Shown here: positions 1 to 11,460 of the stretch, piece by piece | Layout of the letters: the number at the start of each line of letters is the position of its first letter | Numbering within the stretch: the stretch's first letter is position 1 | Assembly: GCA_964016885.1 (NCBI GenBank) | Contig: OZ024761.1 | Location: forward strand, 16,182,001-16,246,000 | Length of the DNA: 64,000 nucleotides | DNA from: Eledone cirrhosa | Taxonomy: Eukaryota | Direction of reading: 5' to 3' | Made by a program: the position numbers and the translations under genes | Notes under the pieces: model-generated | What the model was told of the DNA's origin: nothing | Databases searched by the model: none | Seen by the model: the letters and a program-made list of their open reading frames with translations, nothing else

Positions 1-226
1 GTAGGTGTCACGACAAAAAAACACACAGTCCACGCTGTAATGTGGCCGTGTAGGTAACACGGTAAAAACCTCCCAGCCCCACACTGTAAACGTGGTTGGT
101 GTTAGGAAGGGCATCCAGCCGTAGAAAACCCACCAGACAGTCCTATACGAGCAGGACAACCAATCTTGCCTCAAGTGGGAAAACTCCCGTCCAAACCCAT
201 GCAAGCGTGGAAGATGGACGTTAAAC

Positions 227-260
<34 letters not shown>
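1..260 (+). mobile_element. RTE LINE 3' UTR / SINE-like tail (tail type C) ending in (GAT)n
   Basis: Nearly identical to 32058-32291, the 3' UTR of the RTE copy. Other copies at ~50603-50770 (+), 53067-53416 (-) and 60888-61125 (+). Confidence 0.8.
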
Positions 261-262
<2 letters not shown>

Positions 263-537
263 AGGATAACAAGGACGATTGGTTACTCCTTCATTACATT
301 TATTGTTATCCTTTCAATATATTACACTCTGTATAGCTCTACACCTCAACACAGAAGTGAACCTAAACGTCGAGTGCTCACCCGGGTGAACCTGCAGTAA
401 CTCCAAGTTACACTCCTTAGATATATATATATATATATACATATATGTATGTAAAAGGTAAACAGAAATAACAACACAATCGGTACAGTATATGGAAGGT
501 ATATATTAGGTTAACGCTTAATATAGCAGGAAGAGGG

Positions 538-573
538 TCTTAACGTTTCGGACACTAGTCCTTCATCAGAAGA
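538..573 (-). ncRNA. Minimal type I hammerhead ribozyme (Penelope pLTR type)
   Basis: Minus strand TCTT CTGATGA A GGAC-TAGT-GTCC GAAA CG TT AAGA, with palindromic AACGTT in place of stem III. Confidence 0.7.
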
Positions 574-1524
574 AAGTATGAGAAATAAAATAGATTCAGG
601 GGACGGGCGGGATGGAATTGGAAAAAATGTCTTTAGATAAAGATAACAGGTCCATTCATGTTGACATCTCTTGCAAAATCCTTTCACGTTCCGTCCACTG
701 TGTCAATGACACAACAGTCCACACTGTAAGGTACTTGTGTAGGAGACACGGTAAAAAGGCTCCCCATCCAACCTGTAAATGTGGTTGGTATTATATATAT
801 ATATTAGTAAAAGGAAAAGAAAATGCTGACAAATTTTTCCCAGTGAAAAATAGTTTAATTAGGAATAAGTATTGGTTAGTATTCAGTTTTAGTTTTAAGT
901 TTTTACCGGTTGCGCATTTCTAATGCTTTTCAAAAATAATTTTGAGATAGAGCGCCCGTGATGTTTGCTCTAATATATATATATTTATTTATTTATATAT
1001 CCTTTCCCGTTTTTTACAGCATCTAGCTGTAAAAACAAAAAAAACCTGCCAGATACACTTCCGTATGAGCGAGACACAGTCTCCTGACCATTCCCATATC
1101 AAATGGAACAAAACTGTCTAACCCATGCTAGCATGGAAGATGTACGTTAAATGATGATGATGATCTATATATGTATATATATATATAATTCAAAATTCAA
1201 TAAGATCAAGGATTATTATTATTATTATTTATTTATATATCACTACAGGTGTTTCAATGTGGCTACAGTATCCCATCCATTTGTAGAGAAAAAAAACTGG
1301 ATATTATCAGTTATTTTACTCCATTATGAGTGCCCCATCCACACCATATCTCTGCCCTTTATTCATCCAGTTTCTGCTTGCTCCTGAATAACGAAGGGCT
1401 AAAAAAGTGCCTCAAGCTTAACTCATCTTACCAATGAAAATGGTGAACTGTTACACTATAACCATATATATCATCATCATCATCATCATCATTTTAAGTC
1501 CGCTTTTCCCTTCTTGCAAGGGTT

Positions 1525-1566
<42 letters not shown>

Positions 1567-1714
1567 CGAAGGAAATGTGGTAAGGAACCAGGTGGACCAT
1601 AACGCACCAAAGTACTCAATACTTAGGGTAGTAGAAGAGTGGGTAATAGGAACCAGTAAGACCAGAATTAGCCGTCGAAATGGCTTGTGCTCAGCTGTCG
1701 GGGTCTTACTGGTT

Positions 1715-1758
<44 letters not shown>

Positions 1759-1976
1759 TGATCGAGTATCGAAAAATCGGCGTACGAGTTCACGACAAAC
1801 AAAATTCGATATGAGCGGCAGAGTGCTCACTGATTTAGATAAATCAGAGCTATAACTATCGTTAAAATACCGTCACACACAGAACAAGTCTATAATCAAC
1901 CGCACGATCGAAAATTTGCGATTACGGAAGATTCGGGACACTCAGATAAAAAATCTCAATAATTCAATAAATTAAA

Positions 1977-2041
<65 letters not shown>

Positions 2042-2106
2042 AAGCTGTCGAAATGGCCGGAGTTCAGCCGTAGGGGTCCTGACACTTTTCCTATACATAT
2101 ATATAT

Positions 2107-2140
<34 letters not shown>

Positions 2141-2455
2141 TTCATCATCATCATCATCATCGTTTAAAGTCCATCTTCCATGCTAGCATGGGTTAGATGG
2201 GTTTGTCCCATTTAGAGGCAAGTTGGGTCGGGTGACCGTGACTCACTCATATACAACAGTTTCTGGCTGGTTTGCTATGGCTGGATGCCCTTCCTAGTGC
2301 CAATCAGTTGTAGCATCTGGCAGGAAAACAATGCCTCAAAAATTCCCGTCAAACCCATGCCAGCATGGAAAAGTCGATGTGAAAAATAATGATGATGATG
2401 ATACGTAGTACATACATACGATACATACACAATACAGTATATATATATATTTATA

Positions 2456-2500
<45 letters not shown>

Positions 2501-2654
2501 TTACATATATATATATATATATATGCAAAAGTTTTATTTAAAATTGTTGGGTTACAACAAGTAAATATTTTATAACTGATATAAAGCACTCAACAAGTTT
2601 TGGAGTAGATATACGATATTAAACAAATGGAAACTATATTTATAAAACCATATT

Positions 2655-2720
2655 TATTTCATTATACATATTTCGGGGATACCATATTAAAAATATGGCA
2701 TGCCTTCTTCAGATAAAATA
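2655..2720 (-). ncRNA. Type I hammerhead ribozyme motif (left arm of palindrome 1)
   Basis: Minus strand reads UAUUUUAU-CUGAAGA-A-stem II-GAAA-UAUGUAU-A-AUGAAAUA. Confidence 0.7.
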
Positions 2721-2841
2721 CAATATATAAACAGTTTTATAAATAATTTTGACGTACCATAAATATTGATCAACTTCTTACATAAAAGTTGATCAATATT
2801 TATGGTACGTCAAAATTATTTATAAAACTGTTTATATATTG

Positions 2842-2907
2842 TATTTTATCTGAAGAAGGCATGCCATATTTTTAATATGGCATCCCCGAAATATGTATAA
2901 TGAAATA
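2842..2907 (+). ncRNA. Type I hammerhead ribozyme motif (right arm of palindrome 1)
   Basis: TATTTTAT CTGAAGA A GG-C-ATGCCATATT-TTT-AATATGGCAT-CC-CC GAAA TATGTAT A ATGAAATA. Core boxes, stems I-III and an AUA cleavage triplet are all present. Confidence 0.72.
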
Positions 2908-3149
2908 AATATGGTTTTATAAATATAGTTTCCATTTGTTTAATATCGTATATATATATATATATATATTTATATTTATACATATATATATATTTATATT
3001 TAAATATATATATATGCGGAGGTTATATTTAATTTGTTGGGATTCAACAAGCTTAAACATTTTTATAACTGATATAAAGCACTCAACAATTTAGTGGAGT
3101 AAATACACAATATATTAATAAATGGAAACTATATTTATAAAACCATATT

Positions 3150-3215
3150 TATTTTATTATACATATTTCAAGGGCCACCAAGGCAAATTATGGTGCGCTT
3201 TCATCAGATAAAATA
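3150..3215 (-). ncRNA. Type I hammerhead ribozyme motif (left arm of palindrome 2)
   Basis: Reverse complement of the 3322-3387 motif with one difference in stem II. Confidence 0.68.
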
Positions 3216-3321
3216 CAGATTTGTTTTATAAATATTGACATACCCAGAAAAAAAGAATCTCCAACCGTTAAGGTTGTCTTTTTTTCCGGGTATGTCAATA
3301 TTTATTTATGAAACAAATCTG

Positions 3322-3387
3322 TATTTTATCTGATGAAAGCACACCATAATTTGCCTTGGTGGCCCTTGAAATATGTATAATAAAATA
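3322..3387 (+). ncRNA. Type I hammerhead ribozyme motif (right arm of palindrome 2)
   Basis: TATTTTAT CTGATGA AAG-CA-CACCA-loop-TGGTG-GCC-CTT GAAA TATGTAT A ATAAAATA; perfect 8-bp stem I. Confidence 0.7.
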
Positions 3388-3427
3388 AATATGGTTTTAT
3401 AAATATAGTTTCCATTTATTAATATAT

Positions 3428-3465
<38 letters not shown>

Positions 3466-3567
3466 TATTTATATTTATATATATATTTATTTATATTTAT
3501 ATATACATATATATATATATTTATTTATTTATATATATATATTTTTTTTTATATATATATATATATG

Positions 3568-3651
<84 letters not shown>

Positions 3652-5002
3652 AACAAATTTCCTGAATTCTTCCGATCCCCTCTCTCCCCTTTCTCCCCTC
3701 CCCCCTACCCTGTTGTCCCCCTCACACACTTGCAGTCAGTTCCTATCAGATTTTCTTCCCCCACACCACACACACACACAGACTAACTCATATATACACA
3801 CACTAATTTACACACACACAGAGACTTACCCACATACACACAAACATATTTTGTCAGGGTTCAACAATGGAACTCTTTGTGTTCTGCCTAAGTACCAACT
3901 TCCTGGGTTTCTCTCTCTCTCTCTCTCTCTCTACCTTTATATATCTGTCCATCTTTCTCTGTCTGTCTGTTTACCCCCCCCCCCCCCTCTCTGTCCGCCT
4001 GTCTGTCTTACCCCTCCTCTCTCTCTCTCTCTCTCTCTCTCTGTTTATCTCTCTCTCTCCCTCTCTTCCTCTCTCTCTCTTTCCCTATCTCTCCCTATCT
4101 CTCTTGCTCTCTATCTCTGTCTATCCTTCTTTCTCTGTCTGTCTGTCTCTCTCTCTCTCTCCCTCCCTCCCTTCCTCTCTCTCTGTCCATATCTCTCTTG
4201 CTCTCTATCTCTATCTATCCTTCTTTCTCTGTCTGTCTGTCTATCTCTCTCCCTCCCTCCCTCTCTGTCCCTATCTCTACATATCTCTCTGTCCATCTGT
4301 CTATACCCCCCCCCCCCTTCTCTTGCTCTTTATCTCTGTCCATCTCTCTCTCTCCGTCTGTCTCTCTACCTCTCTCCCTCCTCTCTCTATTGCTCTCTCC
4401 CCCTCTCTCTATTGCTCTCTGTTCCCTGATTCTATCTCCTGTCAAAGAGCAGGAGAGCTTGTAGAATACTTTCTTATTTGTAACACTGGAGCTGTATGTA
4501 TGGTTGTGTGTATGTATGGTTGTGTGTATGTATGGTTGTGTGTATGTATGGTTGTGTGTATGTATGTATTATGTGAGTATGTATGGTTGTGTGTATGTAT
4601 GTATGTATGTATTATGTGAGTATGAATGGTTGTGTGTATGTATGTATGTATTATGTGAGTATGTATGGTTGTGTGTATGTATGTATGTATTATGTGAGTA
4701 TGTATGGTTGTGTGTATGTATGTATGTATTATGTGAGTATGTATGGTTGTGTGTATTTATGTATGTATTATGTGAGTATGAATGTATGTATGAATATGTA
4801 TGTATGGTTGTGTGTATGTATGTATGTATTATGTGAGTATGAATGTATGTATGGTTGTGTGTATGTATGTATGTGTACTCTATGCATGTATGAGTATGAA
4901 TGTATGTGCATATATATGTATGGATGTGTGTATGTATGTATGGATGTGTCTATGCATGCATGTGAGTATGAATGTATGTGTGTATGTATGTATGTTTTTT
5001 GT

Positions 5003-5537
5003 ATCATCATCATCACCGTTTTACGTCCACGCTAGCATGGGTTAGACGGGTTGTCCTGTTGTGGGCAGTGTCCGGTCAGCTGACCATGTCTTGCTCATAC
5101 AGGAACTGATTCTGGCTTGATTTCTACAGCTGGATGCCCTTCCTAACACCAACCTCATTTACAGTGAGTGCTGGCTGCTTTTATTTTTGGTACCTCCACG
5201 TCCACTTTACAGTGTGGGCTGTGTGTTTTTTGCCGTGGCACCTCCACAACCACTTTGCAGTGAGTGCTGGGTGCTTCTTTTTCCGTGGTTCCTCTACGTC
5301 CATTTTACAGTGTGGGCTGGGTGCTTTTTTTTCTGTGGCACCTCCACGTCCACTTTACAGTGTGGGCTGGGTGCTTTTTTGCAGTGGAAAGATAGTGACC
5401 CCAGTCCCTATCATCTCATTTCTACAGCTGAGTGAACTGAAGCAATGTGAAATAAAGTGTCTTGCTGAAGGAAACAACACATCACCCAGTCCGAGAATTG
5501 AACTCACAACCTTTTGATTGCAAGCCTAATGCTCTAA
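5003..5537 (-). mobile_element. tRNA-derived SINE, family A, with expanded internal subrepeats and tail type B
   Basis: Minus strand head GGCGCATGGCTTAGTAG...GAGTTCAATTC (A/B boxes), GCAAGACACTTTATTTC body, several ~43-bp subrepeats, GGAAGGGCATCCAGC motif, (GAT)n tail. Confidence 0.8.
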
Positions 5538-5554
5538 CTACTAAGCCATGCGCC

Positions 5555-5612
<58 letters not shown>

Positions 5613-5615
<3 letters not shown>

Positions 5616-5918
5616 TCATCATCATCATTTTATGTCCGCTTTTCCCTGCTTGCAAGGGTGGGACAGGAACTGATTCTGGCTTGATTTCTACAGCTGGATG
5701 CCCTTCCTAACACCAACCTCATTTACAGTGAGTGCTGAGTGCTTTTTTGCCGTGGCACCTCCACGACCACTTTGAAGTGGAATGATAGGGACCCCAGTCC
5801 CTATCATCTCATTTCTACAGCTGAGTAAACTGGAGCAATGTGAAATAAAGTGTCTTGCTCAAGGAAACAACACATCACCCGGTCTGAGAATTGAACTCAC
5901 AACCTTTCGATTGCAAGC
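5613..5918 (-). mobile_element. SINE family A (5'-truncated), tail type A
   Basis: Same body as 24098-24424. Confidence 0.8.
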
Positions 5919-5943
5919 ATATATATATATATACATATATATA

Positions 5944-6360
5944 TCATCATCATCATCATCATTTTAAGTCCGCTCTTCCCTACTTGCAAGGGTGGGGCGG
6001 GTCTTATTCAGCACAGCATCTCTCCACTTGTCACGGTCCTTCGTCATCTCCACCATGAGCTTCAGAGATCTGAGGTCTGTTCTCACCACCTCCGCCCATG
6101 TTTTTCGTTGTCTACCTGTACCACGTCTTCCTTCAACTGGTATTTCCTGGCACTTCTTCACCCATCGGTCATCCTCCATGCGCATCACATGTCCATACCA
6201 CCTCAGTCTCCTCTCCTCCACACTACATTCTATCCCTCGCAGACACAGTTTCTCTCTCAACACATTCATGCTGGGTCGTTCACGCACATTGACACTGCAC
6301 ATCCAACGGAGCATGCTTGCCTCATTTCTCTCCAGCCGTCGCATATCCTCTGCAGTTGCA
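5944..6360 (-). mobile_element. RTE-clade LINE 3' fragment
   Basis: TAEDMRRLERNEASMLRWMC...RRLRWYGHVMRM...GRRGTGRQRKTW...DRDKWRDAV, then a (GAT)n tail. A shorter copy is at ~60728-60860 (+). Confidence 0.9.
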
Positions 6361-7203
6361 TATATATATATACACATGTATGTTGCATATATATATACAC
6401 ATGTATGATATAAGCACGAATGTATGTATGCATATATGTATGCATGGATGTATGTATGTATAGATGGATATGTGTATCATCATCATCATCGGCTAACCTC
6501 CATTTTCCATGCTAGGATGGGTAGTACATATGTATGTACTCTATATATGCGTGTGAGTATGAATGTATGTGTATGAGTGTGTGCATGTATGTATGTATGT
6601 GTGTGTATATATGTATACATGTATGATGTAAGCATGAATGTATGTATGTATAGATGGGTGTATGTGTATGTACTCTATGTATGCATGTGAGTATGAATGT
6701 GTGTGGGTGTGTTTATGTATGTATGTATGTGTGTATGTATGTATGTAGGTATGTATGTATGTGTGTGTGTGTATATGTATACATGTATAATGTATGCATA
6801 TCATGATAATAATAATTGTTTCTATTTTTTTTTTTTTTTTATTTTTTATTTATAATAATAATAATAATGAAATTATTGTGTACAGTGCTCAGGTGCACTA
6901 CAACTCATCAAAGGTGCATGTATAGTACATAGTACTGTCAGGATTGGTTGCGATGCACTGTTCAAATTCAAGCACTGCCTTCTTTGTCACTTGCTTGAGA
7001 TGGTTATATAATTGTTTGATAATAATAATAATGAAATTATTATGTACAGTGCTCAGGTGCACTACAACTCATCAAAGGTGCATGTATAGTACATATATGT
7101 ATTCATATATGTATGTATGTATGTATGCATAGATGTGGATTTATGTATGTATATATGTATATATATGTATGTATGTGTATGTATGTATGTATGTGTGTAT
7201 ATA

Positions 7204-7274
<71 letters not shown>

Positions 7275-7451
7275 ATATATGTATGTATTTGTAGATATAT
7301 ATATAGATGTATATATATATAGGTATGTATATGTATAAAAACACATACTTGTGTATATATATATATATGTATATACATATATATATATATATATATTAAG
7401 TAAGTGCCATACAAAGAGTGAGAAATGAAATTTCGTTTTCATTTTGTTTCA

Positions 7452-7513
<62 letters not shown>

Positions 7514-8498
7514 TTATGTAAATACATACATACGTACATCTGTGTGTGTTGTATACATATATAAAACACACACACACACACATATATATATATATTTATA
7601 CATATATATATATATATATTGCACACACACACACATATGTACAGTCATTCAATGTTGAAGAATCATTTGACCTTTCATGACCTCCAATTTATAAGTAAAA
7701 TCATGAAGTTATCAACACCTGTTTCATTTCAAACAAGAAATCAAAGCAAAGTTTCCAGCCATACCTCACCCTGCTTCTACTCCACATTCCATACAATTAA
7801 ACACACCTGTTACCTTGTTCTTAATACCTTTGCTCTGATTATCTAGGTACACACTAGTTATCTCCCCTGCCACCGCTAATAATTTTACTGAAATCACTGT
7901 TTTCTCTTCCCACTCACTATAACCGTATGCATGTATGTGTGTATGTATGTACGTATGCATGTATGTATGTATGTGTATGTATGTATCATCATCATCATCA
8001 TCATCATCATCATCGTTTTTACGTCCATTCTTCCATGCTAGCATGGCTCAGACGGGTTGTCCTGTTGTGGGCAATGCCAGGTCAGGTGACCATGTCTAGC
8101 TCATACGGAACTGACTTTAGCTTGATTTCTACAGCTGTATGCCCTTCCTAATACCAACCTCATTTGCAGTGAGTACTGGGTGCTTTTTGTACATATGTTC
8201 TTCTGGTTTTATAATTTCACACATTTTTGCCAAAAGAGAGAGAGAGAGAGAGCTGGTTTCTAACATAGATATAAGACTCTCTCATTGGAATTTACACATC
8301 AGCTAGGTAGATATGTCTGCATGTCTGCATGCATGCGTGTGCAGGTATAGATGTTATTGTATGTGTGGATGTGTGCATGTGCATATGCTTTGTATCTTTG
8401 TATATACAGTTATTAGATGCAGAATTTTTGGAATAGTTTACATATTTTTACTGTTCCATTAATGGATTGTACTTGTAATTTCCTAAGTAGTCATATTG

Positions 8499-8713
8499 GT
8501 TTCTTATATAGGCACAAGGCCAGTGATTTTGAGGGAGGGGAAAGTTGATTAAATCGACCCCAGTGCATGACTGGTACTTCATTTTATCGACCCCGTGAGG
8601 ATGAAAGGCAAAGTTAACCTCGGTGGGATTTGAAATCAGATCATACAGGGCCGTAACTCTTTGCTGCAAAGCATGGCGTCCGACTCTCTACCGATACTGC
8701 CAATCCACCACCC
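8499..8713 (-). mobile_element. tRNA-derived SINE, family B (Meta-domain-like body), with 19-bp TSD
   Basis: Body CTTTGCCTTTCATCC..GGGGTCGATAAAAT..AGTACCAG; TSD TTCCTAAGTAGTCATATTG at 8480-8498 and 8714-8732. Other copies at ~12099-12277, 15244-15424, 21669-21850, 29142-29337, 58401-58616 and 58679-58865. Confidence 0.8.
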
Positions 8714-8735
8714 TTCCTAAGTAGTCATATTGTTT

Positions 8736-9206
8736 GCATGTATGTATGTTCTCTTTCTCTTCATTTCAAATACATTTTTGACTGGCCATCTTCCTGGTGG
8801 CAATGCTGTAAAAGAAAAGAAATTGTCATTCCTTGAATTGCAAGATTGTTTTACAAATTTTGAAGGTGCCAGATATCGCGGCCATTTGTAGTCTATGGAT
8901 TAGGGAGTTACTTTTTGTCCACAAATCCAAATTCAGTTATACTTTGGTTGAAGAGGGTTGGTATATAATCTGTGACTCCAATAATAATGCTTTGAAGTTG
9001 AAGGTGAATCTTGGATACTGGATCTGCAAACTCCTTATCAATGGCCCATAGATGCCCTCCTTCTCCTGCATTTTTCTTACAACGTTGACATCAAATGGGA
9101 AGCTGATCTCCACAGCAGAGCACAGTTTCAATCTGTAGTCCTAAACAACAATATCAGGCCAGTTATGCTTTAATTTGGTGACGGTTTTTATCTTCAGGTT
9201 CCCCAT
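8736..9206 (-). mobile_element. R4/Dong-like non-LTR retrotransposon 3' fragment (restriction-like endonuclease domain), decayed
   Basis: KHNWPDIVV*DYRLKLCSAVEISFPFDVNVVRKMQEKEGIYGPL matches the (R)PD...E...P...K..K..Y pattern of RLE domains; contains in-frame stops. Confidence 0.75.
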
Positions 9207-9687
9207 ATGTATGTATGTATGAAGGCAAATCAGAAAACTGGGATAACTCCAACATAAAACCTGCAGCTCAGTAGTTACCGATGATGTTGATCTTTTCATC
9301 TTTTCGGGTTATAGCTACTGTCGCTCAGAGAGTGGGATTGGCTCAGTGCACAGTCTTTCCTCACTTGAAAAAAAAAAACTTCACACACAGGCATTGTATG
9401 ATAGCATTAATTGATAATTTTTAATAATATTACATCGGGCAATGGCCATACTCGATAACGAGGGGGCAGCCATCATGTATGTATGTATGTATGTGATTGC
9501 ACTGCTCATCTGCCCTACACATACCCTCCCACACAACATACCATTTGCTATCATCATCGTCACAACCATCCTACAACCCCCTTTTCACCCCACCACCACT
9601 ATCATTACCATGCCACTATGCCTTCACATTTGATACCACTTCCAAATCTCCTGCCACCACTCCTCCAACACCAACAACAACAATCAC

Positions 9688-10122
9688 AACACCCTTTCAC
9701 ATTGGATACATCCAACACCCCCATCACACATTCCACCCCACCCTGCCAACTCCAATATCACTAATAACAACAACATCACTAACAACACCCTTTCATATTA
9801 GATATCTTCTCCAACACCCCCATCACACATTCCACCCCACCCTGCCAACTCCAACATCACTAACAACAACAACAATAACAACACCCTTTCATATTAGATA
9901 TCTTCTCCAACACCCCCATCACACATTCCACCCCACCCTGCCAACTCCAACATCACTAACAACAACAACAATAACAACACCCTTTCATATTAGATATCTT
10001 CTCCAACACCCCCATCACACATTCCACCCCACCCTGCCAACTCCAACATCACTAACAACAACAACAATAACAACACCCTTTCATATTAGATATCTTCTCC
10101 AACACCCCCATCACACATTCCA
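9688..10122. repeat. 96-bp minisatellite, ~4.5 copies
   Basis: Unit CACCCTTTCATATTAGATATCTTCTCCAACACCCCCATCACACATTCC... recurs every 96 bp (e.g. 9788, 9884). Confidence 0.9.
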
Positions 10123-10429
10123 CGTCCTCCAACAACAACACCAGGGTCACATTCCTTCCCCTTGCAATCCCAGATTTCCTCAAATTCTCCTCACTTTAAA
10201 TTGTCATCCTGTAATATTTCATCCTGGCACCATATGAACATGAGCAAACTTTTCAATCTTCAGTAATTGTATAAACCCAGGGATTACCAATGACCCAGGA
10301 CACATACATCCCTTTGTAATCCAAGATCTCCTTAAATCCTCCCCAGGTTTTTTAAATTGTCATCTAGTAATGTGTACTTAAAAGAAAATTTGGCTGGGCA
10401 GAGCAAGGAGTCTTCTTCTTCATTCACTT

Positions 10430-10990
10430 ATTCCTGAGATGGGTCATGGGGGCTGAGTCCCCAAACACTCCTTCCTGTCAGAAGCAAACATCTCTAACTG
10501 ATCAGGCTGGATCCCCAATCGGAACCAGCCAAGCTCATGGATGTTATCCAACCATCTTGCTCAGGGTCTACCCCTGAGTTTCTTGCCTGTTGGTTTTGCC
10601 CATAAAATCTGTCCATAATTATTTCCTGAGACATTCTAACCACATACCCATAGTATCAGAACTGTGATCTCTCAATTCAAATAAGTAGTAACTCTACCTG
10701 GAGTGACTCACTGATCTCCAAGTTACGCACTTTATTGAGTAGCATTGCTCCAAAGACCCTTCGGGAAAATCCCATTTTGGTCGCTTGTATTTACAACATA
10801 TTCTTTCGGTCATTACCCAAGATTCATAACCATGGGTAAGGGTTGGCTCAAAAACCAAATTGAAGACTGTGTGTTTGGCTTTTATGCCTACCTCCCTTCT
10901 TCTGATAACTGAATGTTGGCCACTGCTGTTTGTTATGTTAATTGAATCGATGGACAAAATTCCATGCCTGATTCGCTTAACAAGTGGGGT
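10430..10990 (-). mobile_element. Decayed RTE-clade LINE 3' fragment
   Basis: AKHTVFNLVFEPTLTHGYESWVMTERI..., YYGYVVRMSQE..., KPTGKKLRGRP*ARWLDNI; contains frameshifts and stops. Confidence 0.75.
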
Positions 10991-11052
10991 GGAAATCATC
11001 AAATTAAACCAATGTTTCCATTGGTCTTTCTATTTGTTGTCGTCAGCTGAGT

Positions 11053-11460
11053 TTACACTCGCAAAGATTCAGCACACTCTCTCCAATCATCCCAGTCGAG
11101 CATGACATTTCTCAGTTCATCGATGTTATCAATGTTGGCATCTCTCAGCAGGGTATCAATGAATGAGACGGCCTGCCTTCCCACGCTTCTTCGTCCAACC
11201 GCCGGTTTCCACAGCACAAGTTGTGATGCTATTTCTTCTGGATGACGGATGCACTGCCCAACCAGTTTCATTCGTGTGCAGGCAACTTTTTTTGAGACTG
11301 GTGGTAGTGATCTGTATAGTTCCCTATTGGTCAGTTTCTGTTTCCAAGAAATGTTAAGAGCCATTCTCAACATCCTCGTGTAACATCAGTCAAGTCTCTT
11401 GCATAGCACTTTGTCAATAGTCCACGTTTCACTGCCGTAAAGCAGGAGGGACTCAACAGT
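11053..11460 (-). mobile_element. RTE-group LINE 3' fragment (second family)
   Basis: TVESLLLYGSETWT...CYTRMLRMALNISWKQKLTNRELY...GQCIRHPEEIASQLVLWKP..GRRSVGR. A related 3' end is at 41984-42200 (-). Confidence 0.8.

Larger units (their letters stand above)
2525..3432. mobile_element. Two adjacent foldback elements (probable Penelope-like inverted pLTR remnants) inserted in (TA)n
   Basis: Near-perfect palindromes at 2609-2953 and 3105-3432. Each is preceded by a related ~85-nt unpaired extension, flanked by (TA)n, and carries hammerhead motifs. Confidence 0.7.

Noticed and set aside
9497-10237. 246-aa Thr/Pro/His-rich mucin-like ORF
   Set aside because: Produced by a 96-bp minisatellite with no supporting gene structure.
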